Source of the DNA: the human T2T-CHM13v2.0 reference genome, Homo sapiens
Length of the DNA: 64,000 nucleotides
NCBI RefSeq assembly: GCF_009914755.1
Contig: NC_060928.1
Direction: 5' to 3' (one strand)
The position numbers were made by a program, and so were the translations under genes. Position 1 is the stretch's first letter. Every line of letters begins with the position of its first letter. The notes beneath the pieces are model-generated. The model was not told where the DNA came from and did not search any database. It saw nothing but the letters and a program-made list of their open reading frames with translations. Positions 42,736 to 55,336 of the stretch are shown in pieces.

Positions 42736-43400
42736 AAGGCATTCTTTCTATCTAGAGTCTATAATTTGAGTTATTAGCTCATACAGTTATTTCTCATTCT
42801 TGTTTTTTATTAAATTCTAGAACCACTAGAGGGTGTATATGTTCAGAGAGAACAAAAAGTTCATTTTTTTCTACTCTCGACATAAAGAGCTCATGTGAAA
42901 AGTTTCTGTTTGAGGAAAAGACTAAAAATATCTGATTGCATTTTGGTTTTTGGAGCAATGGGAAATTCTCATCAAAAAAGCAACCAAAAAAAAAAAAAGA
43001 CTTTTTGCAACACATTTTAAGATTTTTGTTTTCTGTTAAAATAGGTAATTCTACAAAGTGAATACTTAAATTGAAAGAATGTATCCAATAAATACTATTC
43101 AATTCAGTAAATGTGATGAAAATTGTCTGCCTTCTTAGCTCTTTCAGCTTTCTCGGCTCTAAGAATAATTTGCTCCCATTCCATAAGAATTTTTAATTGT
43201 AAAAGTATTCCTTCCTTTACTGATTCCTACTTAAAAATTCTGGACACTGTTTTAACTTGTATTTTCTGAAGAGCTAATAGTGCCTTATATTAGAAAATTA
43301 ACCCTCTGTTATAATGGACTGCACAGGGTTATATTATAATAACTTGGCAAACTACTATATTGTGAGAAGGAAATTGCTTTGTGTATTCTTTTTTCTTCAG

Positions 43401-43443
43401 CTCTTGGTCTGACAGCAGCTGTTGAAGGGTGTCCAAAAGTATT
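43401..43443 (+). pseudogene. AtuA/DUF1446-like pseudogene exon H: (A)LGLTAAVEGCPKV(F)
   Basis: Strong acceptor TATTCTTTTTTCTTCAG (ends 43400). Phase-1 start completes G|CT = Ala from exon G. Matches motif APG.TG.VGGRP.V. Donor lost. Confidence 0.75.
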
Positions 43444-43596
43444 TCTGATGATAAGCTAAAGTCAGTCTTTCACATCTAAGTCTTTCCCCTTAGATAGTTG
43501 GCTGGATAAAGGTGAGAGCAGGCAGGTGTAGGGGTTGGAGGCCTGTGGTTCTGGCACATCTTGTTTATTAACTCTCCTGAGCTCACTGGGGGTTCT

Positions 43597-43770
43597 ATTT
43601 TTTTTTTTTTTAAGAGACAGGGTCTTGTTGTGTTGCCCATGCTGAAGTGCAGCGGCTGCTCACAGATGCAGTCATTGCACACTACAGCCTCGAACTCCTG
43701 GGCTCAAGAGATCCTCCCACCTCTGCTTCCTGAGTAGCTGGGACTACAGGCATGCATGAACACACCTGGT
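43597..43770 (-). mobile_element. AluJ/FRAM right monomer, antisense
   Basis: Poly-T + GAGACAGGGTCTTG..CTCCTGGGCTCAAGAGATCCTCCCACC. Confidence 0.85.
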
Positions 43771-44329
43771 TTTCTGTCATGATTCTTGAACATTAAGCTT
43801 GACTTATCTGAGAATCACCTGTATTGATCCTGGATAAATCAACAGGTTAATTGGTCCCTGGGGTTAAAGTTCTCATGAGATAAGTGGCTTTTCTAGCAAA
43901 TAACATAATCGGGCTGAGCTAATCTATTTTTCCAACCACTAATGTACAAGTGGGAAAATCTGATTCAATGACAACTAAAGGTGGCTTATTTAGCATCATA
44001 TAAAATTAGAGAAAGTTGATCAACTCACTTAGGTGAGTATTTCTTCTACCAGGATCCCTAGTTCAGACAGTTTCTCTGGGTGGTTCTTTTTGTTTCTAGT
44101 AAGTGAAGCAAACTCTTATACTTAAGTGAACTTTTCTTGCTGCTTTGTGTTCTATCCTTTTGAGATAAGATATGATATGTTTAGATTTCTGGATTCCAGT
44201 ATGTATTGGCATCTGTTTAGTCAGGAATACATGGATTCTCTTTCCGTCTAAAAGTCAGATTAGGCAGAAAATGGCCTCAAAAGAGTTGTCTATCTTGTTT
44301 ATTCCTTTCCCTCCAGAGCCCTGTATGAG

Positions 44330-45640
44330 AAGGGTCTCACACCCCCCGCACCACTCCTCCAGAACTGCCCAGGCAAGGTCCTCCATAACCTTCATTTTGC
44401 TTAATACTATGGTCTATTATTGTCATCATCTTAAATCCTGAGCATAATTTGACACAGTTGGGCACTCCTCCCCTCCTTTACGTACTTTCTCAACTTGGTT
44501 TCCAAGGCACTGCCTTTGCGTGGATGTCTTCTACCTCATTATCTGATCCTCCACCCCCTCCTTTTCCTGACTTCTATACATTGCGATGCCTCAAGACATG
44601 GCCCTTTTTCCTCTCTTCTTTGCTAGCTGCTGTCACTCCCTGGATGATCTGATCTTATTTTTTGCCTTTAAATACCACCTATATGCCAATGGCTCTCCAA
44701 TTTATTCTTCCAGCTTCTATGTGTCCCTTGAACCCCAAGCTCATATACCAGCTGTGTACTTAGCAACTCCATCTGGGTGCCTGGTCAACATTTCAAACTT
44801 AACACGTCCCAAACTAAACTGCAATTCCACCCCCATCCAACCAGCTCCCTGCCTTTTCTCAGCAAATGGCAGCTCCAAGCCAAAAATCTTCCTGTTATCC
44901 CTGACTGCTCTTTTTTTTTTTTTTTCTCATGCCCTGGATACATGATAGCTGTGCCCGTATCTTCAAAATAAGCCAAGCATCTGACTACTTCTTATCACCT
45001 CCTCTCTTGCTACTCTGGTTCTAGCTGCCATCATCTCTGGCTTGAATGACTGTGATAATCTCTTAACTGGTATCCCTGTTTCTACTTCCCTACCATCACT
45101 CATTCTCAAAAGAGTGATTCGTTAAACATGTAAGCCAGGTGATATCATTCCTTTGTTGCAAATCCTCAGTATTACCTAGAATAAAAGCCAAAGTCCTTAC
45201 AGTGATTTAGAAAGCTCTGCCCAGTCTCTGACCCTCTCCCAGGCACTCAGGCTCCTTCTGCCCTGCTGGCCTCTTTTTCCCAGCACCCATTGCCTTGAGG
45301 TCTGTATGTGCTCTTCCCTCCCACTCACATGCTCATCACCCCCTCCCTCACTTCAAATCTTAGCTAAAAGATCACATGTTCAAAGAGAACAACATGACTA
45401 CCCTATTTAATAGTGCCTAACATCTAATGTTTCCTCTTCCCCTTCCCTTTCCAGCTTTATTTTTCTTGAGGGCACTTATCTTCATGTGACTTACTATCTA
45501 CTGTACTTATTTTTTCTTTATTATCTGTATTCCCTCCCTTGCCATATTTAGTTAGTTTATGTTCATTGTTGTAACCCTAACACTGGAGGAGCTCCTGCCC
45601 TATAGCTGGCCCTTAATAGATCTTTGTAACATTAATGTAT
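44330..45640 (+). mobile_element. L2 LINE fragments
   Basis: L2 motifs CTTTAAATACCACCTATATGCCAATGGCTCTCCAAT and TAGAATAAAAGCCAAAGTCCTTACAGTG. Confidence 0.65.
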
Positions 45641-45658
45641 GATTAAGAAAATGTTTGT

Positions 45659-45969
<311 letters not shown>

Positions 45970-46727
45970 AGTTTGTGTTACTGGATACCCTGATTGGGTG
46001 GGATGGAAGCACATTACATCTGTGTTAGAGTCCAAACTATAATATGTGAAGTTTTCCTTTATATGTTTGGCTGACTATTCAACAAATATTAATTGAGCAT
46101 CTACTCTGTGCCAGGCACTTTGCTTGGCATTAAGGATAGAGCCGTGAGCAAAACAGGTCTCCATGCTTTTAGGAGCTCATGAATGTTCCTCCATTGAAAA
46201 ATTTATTTTGCAATATTTAATATATAAAAATACATTAAAAACATATTCTTTATATCAAAAACATATAAAGAATAATGAATTCTTGTATGCCGTCCTTACC
46301 CATGAAGAAATGAAACATTACCATTGCAGGTAAGCCTCCATTTCCTCCCTTGCTGCCATAGGTAACTGCTAACCTGAATTTTTTATTTATCAATCTCATG
46401 CATTTTAAAAATGTGTTTGCTACATATGGATCCCTGAACCACATATAGTACTATTTTATGTTTAAATGCTGTAAAAGTGCAGGTCTGCTTTTTGCTTTGT
46501 TCACTCATTGTTATTTATGAGATTCATTTGTGTTGATACACATAAGCTTTCCTTTTCATTGCTGTGTAATATCTCACTTACTCATGCATTTCCCTGTACC
46601 CTGCCACCTTACTTATCCATTCCTCCATGTCCCCTGCTTCTTAAAAGGGGAATGGATAAGTGAGATATTTGTAGGTTGTTTCCAGTTTTTTGATACCATA
46701 AATATTGTTGCCAAAGATATCAAAAAG

Positions 46728-46900
46728 AACTTTCTGCAATGATGAAAACGTCCTATATCTGCACTCAACAAGACTGTTGCCACTCACCACATGTGGCTAT
46801 GGAGCACTTGAAATGTAGCTAGTGTGACTGAAGAATCACATTCTTAGTCTGTTTAGTTTTAATTAGTGAGATTGATAACTATCGTATTGGAGAACACAAT
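46728..46900 (+). mobile_element. MER3-like hAT-Charlie fossil
   Basis: GAACTTTCTGCAATGATGAAAACGTCCTATATCTGCAC..GAGCACTTGAAATGTAGCTAGTGTGACTGAAGAA. Confidence 0.75.
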
Positions 46901-47558
46901 TCTACCTAGTGTTATCTTTGGGTACATATGTGAATTAATCTTGGGCTGTAGTTCTTACCACAATCAGACCTGATGTACTCTTTTATTAATAAATATTTTG
47001 TATCATCCCACTTACTATCTTGAAATGAAATTCATAACTTATCTGCACACATTTTAAAAAATCATTGCAATACACTTTCTATGATATAAAGTAAAAATGT
47101 AAGAACAGTAATTTTAATAAAATAATATTTATTTCAATATGTCAGTAACCACAAATACACTCCACTACATTAGGAGACATGATGAAGCAGTTCACAGATG
47201 CAGAGTCATAGAAGATTGTGAGACTGGTAACTCAAGCACTGCAAGTGATGCAACTATTGGTAATGTGAAGAACTCTTGGTAACATTCTGAACAAAACACA
47301 ATTCAGGCTGCCTTTATCTAGTAGTTGCATCTCTGAAAAATTTGGTATACAATAAGACCTTACAGAGTACTTATCATTTATATCTAAAACAGGGTTACGT
47401 TATACTCTTAGATAATTATAATCGGGTTTCCCACCTATATAAATGTTCTACTAGACCTTCTAAAGTCATGAAGGACCCAGCACAATTCTTTTTTGAATGA
47501 AACCATCCAAATTTCAGGACATACAAGATATCTGGCCCTTACCTACTAAATGGCAGTA

Positions 47559-47564
<6 letters not shown>

Positions 47565-47595
<31 letters not shown>
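47565..47595. repeat. (CA)n microsatellite
   Basis: CA dinucleotide run. Confidence 0.95.
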
Positions 47596-47599
<4 letters not shown>

Positions 47600-47915
47600 C
47601 CATCACTATTATAAGCAGACCTGCCTCCCAGGTGTGGCACTAGTTCTGTTGAGACCCATTGGTCTATGGTACATACCCAGCAGCAAAACCACTGTCTCTT
47701 AAGATATGATCTTCTTCAACTTTACCGAATATGAGTTTGTTCTCCCAGTTACTCCAAAGTTTTCCAAAGGGTTTAGACCAATTTACATTCCCACTGCAAG
47801 CATATACAATGTATCATTCCTCTAAATATATGCAGTTTTTACCTCGAAAGTGACACTTTTCCTAGGTTATAGTTTTGCTGATCTCAACAGTTGGCTGTTA
47901 AAAAACGTAACTTAC

Positions 47916-48174
47916 CTATGTTCTATAATAACTCTTTGTACATCTCCCTCCAAAGTAGGACATCCCACTTTTTTAAGTAAATGCAGAATAGCATGCCTGC
48001 TAACCTGAATGTGGGTATAGTCTCTTCCACCATTTTTCCCATTGTTGCTATGGCCCTAGAAGACCTAAATTCTAGCTCCTCTTCACTAACCCCAGGGACA
48101 CCTATCTCCATCTCCTTCCACCTCCCTTCAGATTTCACAGGGATCTGATGGAGGTCCGCTGGTCCTTCAAGGCA
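47916..48174 (-). pseudogene. Candidate degenerate exon of a minus-strand pseudogene (GREB1-family-like?)
   Basis: AG|GTAAGT donor at 47915, TTTTAG acceptor, and an 83-codon open frame ..VSEEELEF..RLAGMLFCIYLKKWDVLLWREMYKELL*NI. Confidence 0.4.
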
Positions 48175-48945
48175 CTAAAACACCTTGAAATCTGAATCCC
48201 TAGTTTCATAGAGCAGACGCAGAGTGAGGTAAATGGAGCCAAGTCCATTACTATTAGAGGAGTCATAACAACCTGACCTTTACACTTCTGATTATAGCTG
48301 TAAAGCAGTTATTGCCACCATAATGGCAAAATTCTCCACAGCTCAGTGGCTCACAATAGCAAGCACTTATTCTGACACTCACAGGCAACTTCAGCTGGGC
48401 TGATGGAGGTTCAGCCAGGCTGGGCAGCTCTGCTTCAAGTTGCACGTTGGCTGGTTTTGGTTCTAGGTTTTGGGTTGGGTTTGGGTCACCTCCTCATTTT
48501 TTATTCTGCAACTTAGGATGATGGGGCAGAGGCCAACCAGGCCTTGCTCTCCAGGCAGATCACTGGAGAACAAGACAATGTGTCCACCACTCAAGCATAT
48601 TGAGAACTGCGCTTGCATCAAGCATATTGAGAACTGCTGCTTGCATCACACCTGCTAATTTCCAGTGGCCAAAGCATGTCACATAGCTAAGCCCAAAGGT
48701 AGGAAAATATATTCCACTCTGAGGAAAAGGTGGGAGGGAGTGTTTGCTGAACAATAACCCAGTCCAACTCAAAGCAGTAAACTTTTGTAATGGGATAGAG
48801 TTTGTGATTAATAGAACATTTTTTCTTTTATCACCAAAACATAGCAAATGTATCTTGATAATCCCTCTTAACTATGTTGTTTATTTGATATAAAAGAGGA
48901 AAAACTATTAGTGGACCTGGTTGGGGAATGGGTCACTCTAATTAC

Positions 48946-49198
48946 CTGATCGTTCCTACTAAGTGGAGGTTAACCCTTCCTATGAATTGCATCTGCCTTG
49001 ACTCTGGACCATGTACATGACTACTCAGATGAGGTGACCATATGTATCACATCTGGACTTTTTTCTAGGCTCATAAGGTTGTTTTGGATATTGTCTTCAT
49101 TGTCCACTTTCTAAAAATTGCACTTTGCAAGTCATCTTTAGGTTAGGAATCAGGATGGTATTCATAGTGATAGTATACTCATAAAAATACAAATGTCT
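48946..49198 (-). pseudogene. Candidate degenerate exon of a minus-strand pseudogene (GREB1-family-like?)
   Basis: CAG|GTAATT donor at 48945. One frame reads NIQNNLMSLEKSPDVIH..TWSR, resembling the remembered GREB1 segment LKHIMQHIEAAPDIMH..KWSS. Confidence 0.35.
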
Positions 49199-49214
49199 CT
49201 GATAATTGTGTTGG

Positions 49215-50360
49215 GTTTCAATAAACTTTATTCTTTAGAGCAGCTTTAGGTTCATGGTAAAATTGAGCAAAAGTTTTCAGAGAGTTCCCATATATCTTCT
49301 GTCCCTGGCACACTCACAGCCTCCCCCAATATCAGCATCTCCCACCAGAGTGGTACATTTATTATAATAGATGAATCTACATTGACAGATCATTATCACC
49401 CAGAGTCCATAATTTACATTAATGTTCACTCTTGACATTGTACACTCTATAGCTTTGGAAAAACGTATAATGACATGTCTCCACCATTAGAGTATCATAC
49501 AGAATAGTTTCACTGCCCTAAAAACCCTCTGTGCTCTGCCTATTCATTTCCCCCTTTCCCCTAAACCCTGGCACCCCCTGATCTTTTACTGGCTCCATAG
49601 GTTAGCCCTTCCAGAATGTTGCATAGTTGGAATCATACATACACATGGAGACTTTCAGTTTGTCTTCTTTCACTTAGTAATATGCATTTAAGGTTTCTCC
49701 ATGTCTTTTCATGGCTGAATTGCTCCTTTCCTTTTAGTGCTGAACATTATTTTACTGTCTGCAGGTACCACGGTTTATTTTTCCGTTCACCTACTGAAGG
49801 ACATTTTAGTTGTTTCCCACTTTGGACACTTATGAATAAAGTTGCCATAAACATTCATGTGCAGGCTTTTGTGTAGACATGTGTTTTCAGTTCCTCTGGG
49901 TAAATACCAAGGAGCACGATTGCTGGATCATATGGTAAGAAAATATTTAGTTTTGTAAGAAACTGCCAAACTGTCTTCCAAAGTGGCTGTATCATTGGCA
50001 TTCCCATCAGCAATGAATGAGAATTCCTGTTACTCCTCATCCTTAACCAGCATTGGGTGTTGTCAGGGTTCTGGATTTGGGGCATTCTAATAGGTGTATA
50101 GTAGTATCTTGATGCTGTTTTATTTTGCATTTCCCTGATGACAGGATGTGGAGCATCTTTTCAAATGTTTATTTGCCATCTATACCTTTGTTGGTGAGGT
50201 GTCTGTGTAGTTCTTTGGTCTATTTTAAAACTGGATTGTTTATGTAGTTATTGCTGAATTTTAAGATTTATTTGTGTATTTTGAATAACAGCCCTTTATC
50301 TGATATATCTTTTGCAAACATTTTCTCCCAGTCTGTGGCTTGTCTTTTCATTTTCTTGAT
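49215..50360 (-). mobile_element. L1MB/MC-type 3' end, antisense
   Basis: CCCACCAGAGTGGTACATTT..GTTTTGTAAGAAACTGCCAAACTGTCTTCCAAAGTGGCTGTA; minus ORF 49855-50130 encodes an L1 ORF2 C-terminal peptide (QPLWKTVWQFL..PYDPAI). Confidence 0.88.
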
Positions 50361-50499
50361 GGGAAACTTTTAATTAAACAGAATAAAGCAAAAAAAAAAG
50401 TTTTGAATCAGACATTAAATATAAAATCTCAGAAACTGTAAGCACGTCTGAGACATTAGGTTTCTTTAAAAAGTGATCGTCAAGGTAATCAAAGTGCTT

Positions 50500-51016
50500 C
50501 TGAATTTCTTGACAAAATTAGAAAGCTTTAAAAACTAACATCAATTGTTAGTAAATTATATGAAAGGGGGATCATATCTGTCTCGTTCACCCCTATATCC
50601 CTGGCAGAGTGCCTGGCATACAGTAAGTGTTCAAAAAATATTTTTAAGTGAACGAATGTTCATTGTGGGTTAGCAACATTATAGATGTTATTTTATTTAA
50701 TCTCCTTGGTAATCTTAAAAGTTAGATTTTGGCTGGGCACGGTGGCTCACGCCTGTAATCTCAGCACTTTGGGAGGCCGAGGCGAGCAGATCACAAGGTC
50801 AGGAGATAGAGACCATCCTGGCTAACACAGTGAAACCCCGTCTGTACTAAAAATACAAAAAAAAAAAAGTAGCCGGGCGTGGTGGCGGGTGCCTGTAGTC
50901 CCAGCTACTCAGGAGGCTGAGGCAGGAGTATGGTGTGAACCCAGGAGGCGGAGCTTGCAGTGAGCCGAGATCATGCCACTGCACTCCAGACTGGGTGATA
51001 GAGTGAGACTCCGTCT

Positions 51017-51059
<43 letters not shown>

Positions 51060-51348
51060 AAAGAAAAGTTAGATTTTGGTGTCCTCATCATGGCAAAATT
51101 AGAAAACTGAACTTCTTGGCAAAATTAGAAAACTTTTAAAAACTAACATCAATTGTTAATAAATTTTATGAAGGGGGATCATATCTGTCTCGTTCACCCC
51201 TATATCCCTGGCAGAGTGCCTGGCACATAGTAAGTGTTCAAAAATATTTTTAAGTGAATGAATGTTCATTGTGGGTTAGCAACATTATAGATGTTATCTT
51301 ATTTAATCTTCTTGGTAATCTTAAAAGTCAGATTTTGGTGTCCTCATC
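50500..51348. repeat. ~240-bp tandem duplication (copy 1 50500-51089, split by AluY; copy 2 51107-51348)
   Basis: CTGAA(T/C)TTCTTG(A/G)CAAAATTAGAAA..GATTTTGGTGTCCTCATC occurs twice with scattered substitutions. Confidence 0.95.
50731..51063 (+). mobile_element. AluY with ~40-nt poly-A
   Basis: AluY diagnostics GAGACCATCCTGGCTAACAC and GCGGAGCTTGCAGTGAGCCG; perfect 14-bp TSD AAAAGTTAGATTTT (50717-50730 / 51064-51077). Confidence 0.97.
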
Positions 51349-52119
51349 TTATAGATGAGGAGACTGAATCTCAGGGAGATAAGGAAGGTGCCCAAGGTCA
51401 CACAACAAGGAAACAGCAGAAATGGAAATCAAATTACAATGTGCCTGACTCTAAATCCAATATTTGTTCTACTATGACACTCGTTTTAGCAAAGACTGAG
51501 AGTTGCCTGTTCAACAGCCATTTCCTTCCGTGTCCTTGAGGACAGACCTTAATTGTGTACTAGTGCCCTAGACCCTTAAGTGATTGAAGTAAATCCTTAT
51601 TGGTCTGCCCCCATTCCCCATTTCTGTAACCAGTTTAGAGGTTTGGAATGTGACCTGGTTTTGGCTGTGAGACTGGAGAAAAATATTCTGGTAGTACAGA
51701 TGGGGGAGGAGTTTGGGAAAGGATTTTTGTTGCCCCTTTAACAAAGAAACACAAGAGAGAAACAGACCTTTGTTTGACTCTTAAGTGTTGTTGCATAGGG
51801 ATGTGATGCCACAGCTACTGAAGCCATCTTGCTGTCAGGAGGGGAATGAGAAGACACCCCTAGGTGCCTAACAAACCGTTGGACTCCCAGCATTTTTCAG
51901 AAAGTGGTAGCCCTCAGTCAAGTCTTTGGTTTTCCTAAGATAGTTACCTGAGCATTTGGGCTGCCCAGGAACCAGATAACTGGAGTATCAGTCACTCTGT
52001 AATACATACCCTACCAAAACCAGCTCCACAGTTTTTGAAATCTCTATTACAAATGCACATGTAAAATGAAATGCTATGATAGTTTTTATTGTTACTTTAT
52101 GGAAATGAGATGTCTTAAC

Positions 52120-53450
52120 TTATTCATTCATTTACTAGCCATTTCCTGTATGCCAATTGCTGGCAAGCATGGTAAGTACTTGATAGAGACAGGCACTGCA
52201 GAAGAGCAAAGGGAGATACTCAACCAGCCTGGTGGTAGGTTCTAAGAGGAAGGGTCTGGGAAGGCGCTGTACCAGAGCTGACAAGCAGTAACACTTGAAT
52301 GAACCCAAAAAGACCAGTAGAAATTATCCAGGTAGATAAAGAAAAACAGGGCATTCCCTGCAAAGAAGGTAGCATATGAGGTACATGGAGATGTGACAGA
52401 ATATGGCACAGCTGAGGAAGCACAAGTAATTGAGTGCATAGGGTGCAGGTTAGAAGAATTGGGAGGGAATCTAAAAGAGGTAAACAGAGGCTTGCTCACA
52501 AAGCACCTTGGCCAAGCTATAGGTGAGACTTATTCAGAAAGCAGTAGGGAGTTACTGAAGGATATTAAGTATGTGCTGAACATGACAATTCTTGCATATT
52601 AGGAAGATCACTTTGGCAACAGAAAGAATATTTTGGAGAGGAGGAAAGGAGACCAACTGAGCTGATGTGCTGCTCAATTGTGCTTTCAATGGAGAAGCAA
52701 TGAAAAGGGGCTTTTAGATTCAAGACATACTTAGGAAATGGTTTAGAACTTGGTGAATGTATACGAGAGTTCAGCAAAGAGGGGAGTGCAAGGTTGGCAA
52801 AGAAACACAGAGCTAGCTAGGGGCATGGAGGAGGCTGCCAGACTGTTAAGGGCTCAGTTGAGGACACAGACCAAGAATTAATGGCTCTAGTGCACATGGT
52901 CGAGTGATTTACTTAGTGTGGTTTTAGGAGCAAAGAAGGATGGATCAATCCACATTTGGGTAAGTGTTGCAGAAGCAAAAGAAAGCAAGAAGAGTGAGAA
53001 GTTGGAAGTATTGTTTAAAGAGACAGGTTGAAGAGCTAAACCAAAGCAGGATGAAGGAAGTAAAACCAGAAGAGGAAAGAGAGGGATGGGGCTTCACAAT
53101 TGTGGAGGAGAAGCAGGTATGATTGGAGCAATGAGGATTGTAGGAGCTGATGGAAAGAAAGTTGAATAGGTGGAGTAGCTCCAGGTAATACTAAGGGGAA
53201 GGGGTGAGTTGCTGATATCTGTGTGGAGATGAAGGTCAGTGATGTTGAAGGTAAGGCACTGGGTATTGGAAAGGTCATCCACACGGACACTGAAGACACC
53301 AGGATTATGGCAGATTTGGGATGGAGAGAAAATTCATAAACCATGTCAGGAAATGATGAGAACAACAAGAAAAGATGGACAATGGTGAATTTGAGAGGCA
53401 TAAGTTTCAAAGGAAGAAGGATTTTCATAGGACATTTGAGGAATATTGAA
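52120..53450 (-). mobile_element. L2 LINE fragments, antisense
   Basis: Starts TATTCATTCATTTACT..(reverse complement of the L2 3' end) followed by a purine-rich L2-type body. Confidence 0.6.
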
Positions 53451-54214
53451 TGAGCAAGTGTTAATGGTTATTTAGCACTTACTGTTTACCAGGTTCTGTT
53501 CTAAGTGCTTTACATTTACATTTACTAAATTCATGTAATTCTCATCTGTGAGGTCAATACTGTAACTCCCATTTTACAAATGAGGAAACTGAGGCTCTGA
53601 GACCTTTAATAACTTGCCCAAGGTACATAGCCATGTCTAACCCAGGCAGTTTGTCATCTGCAAAGTCTACACTCTTGCCCATGTCAGTCTTCCTGCTTCT
53701 GCCCACCAGCCCAGCCAGTCCATGTGGTTAAGTGGAAGGTTCAAGAACAAGCAGCCGCCACTTAAGAGTACAGGGAGGAGGTAGTGTCTGAGGTGGGAGC
53801 CATTCAAAAAACTCTGACCATAACCAGTCTTTGAGAGCATCACCTCCTTTATGTTTTCCAGGGTCTAATTCATTTAGTACTGAGACATGATAATGTGCCT
53901 TTGAACTATGGGTTAATATGTAAACTGCCCCGAAGCCTTTTCAGAAGTGGGTACAGTATACTTTTAAAATAAATGGTTACATAATTATTAACTATAAGTA
54001 ATCAATTACATAAATGAGTTAATTTGCATGTTTTAGAGAATTTATATACTCCTCTCTACCTAAGAAGTGGCAAAGAACAAACGGAAGTATACAACCGTGA
54101 ATTATACATAGTTCTGCTTTTTCTCTGGCATTACATACTAAATTTTATGACAAATCAGTTCATGATTATTTTTTGAAAGATAATCTCCCTATTTTTCTTT
54201 TTGACTTTAGTTAC

Positions 54215-54867
54215 CTACCAGACACTGACTATCTTAAACACCGAAGCACAAGAATGCTCCAAAGAAGAGGTCTATATTGCTTGGCTCATATTAACTTCTG
54301 TTTATTTTCTTACGATTAAGGCTCAAACGTTGTTAAAAAATGTTCAAATCCTACAAGACACTGACATGCCAGTTCCTCAGCTTTGATGGAGAAACCAGCT
54401 TTCTCTTCTTGCAGAGATACTCTTCATGAAAAGTGGAGCTCCAAGAAGAGTAGACATGAGGAAAATATGAATTTTTACAAAAGGAAATGTATGGTGCAAT
54501 TATAAACTGTAGCATGAACCCATAATTGGAAGTCTACATCTCACAGTTATAGTCAAGAATTCTGGTACATATAAAATAAGTTCTTTCAAAATGGGATTCA
54601 GGTATTATTTAGAAATGCATCTACTGAAAAGAAGCATACCATAAAAATTTATGCTAATTATGGATGAGATCATGGACAGTTTAATCGAAATTACGAGTTG
54701 GATTTGTCAGATGTAGAGTCTCAATCAGGCCACTTGAAAGACCAAATGATTTCCTTTTCATCTGAAAGGTTCAGAGAGGAAGCTTTTGAAAAGACACTAT
54801 TGAAATCTTCAAGGTAGCTGTTCCTAGCACAGCTTTGATTTCTAAAATAACTAGAAGGACTGTAGAC
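54215..54867 (-). pseudogene. Candidate large degenerate exon (GREB1-family-like?)
   Basis: On the minus strand: a long pyrimidine tract + TAG|G acceptor and a TAG|GTAACT donor. One frame reads LIETLHLTNPTRNFD*TVHDLIHN*HKFLWYASFQ*MHF*IIPESHFERTY..TSNYGFMLQFII. Non-repetitive, with several CpGs retained. Confidence 0.45.
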
Positions 54868-55336
54868 CTACATGAGGGGAGAGAAGAGAAACTGAAGAAT
54901 TGTTAGAAAACATAAGTTTTCTTTACTTCTAGTACCACTCCACGCTTTGTGAAAAAAGTTATTTTATGAAGTCAAGAAGTCAATCAGAAGAAACACCAGG
55001 GAAAGTCAACACAAACTGGTTTATCTAATACTTTTTCAGTGTCCAATTTGCAATGCACTGAGTTCCCTGCTAAACTATGTCTATATATTGGGGGCTGGGA
55101 GAGGAGTAGGTTAAAAATAAATATGAGTTGCAAGTCTTTCTCCTCGGGCTACTAATAGTATACCTGAATTTTATGTTTGATTTTGTCTTCCTTGTCTTTA
55201 TAGTTTTTGCAACTAATGTATATATGTCTAAACAATCTATTGCTTAAATTTACATAATTTTCAGCTTTATATATGTAGAATCATGCTGTTTGTTTTCTTC
55301 TGTACCTCAGTTTTTTTCACTAAAAATTGTCTTCTG

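Noticed and set aside
47916-48020. Minus-strand RH..YLKK..LE..EH as an inverted AtuA C-terminal exon
   Set aside because: It needs several compensating indels, and spacing to the putative GDK motif is inconsistent.
48591-48648. 27-bp tandem repeat (similar short duplications at 3353-3393, 4219-4262 and 28597-28635)
   Set aside because: Ordinary slippage duplications, mostly inside transposon fossils; no spacer structure, so not CRISPR-like.
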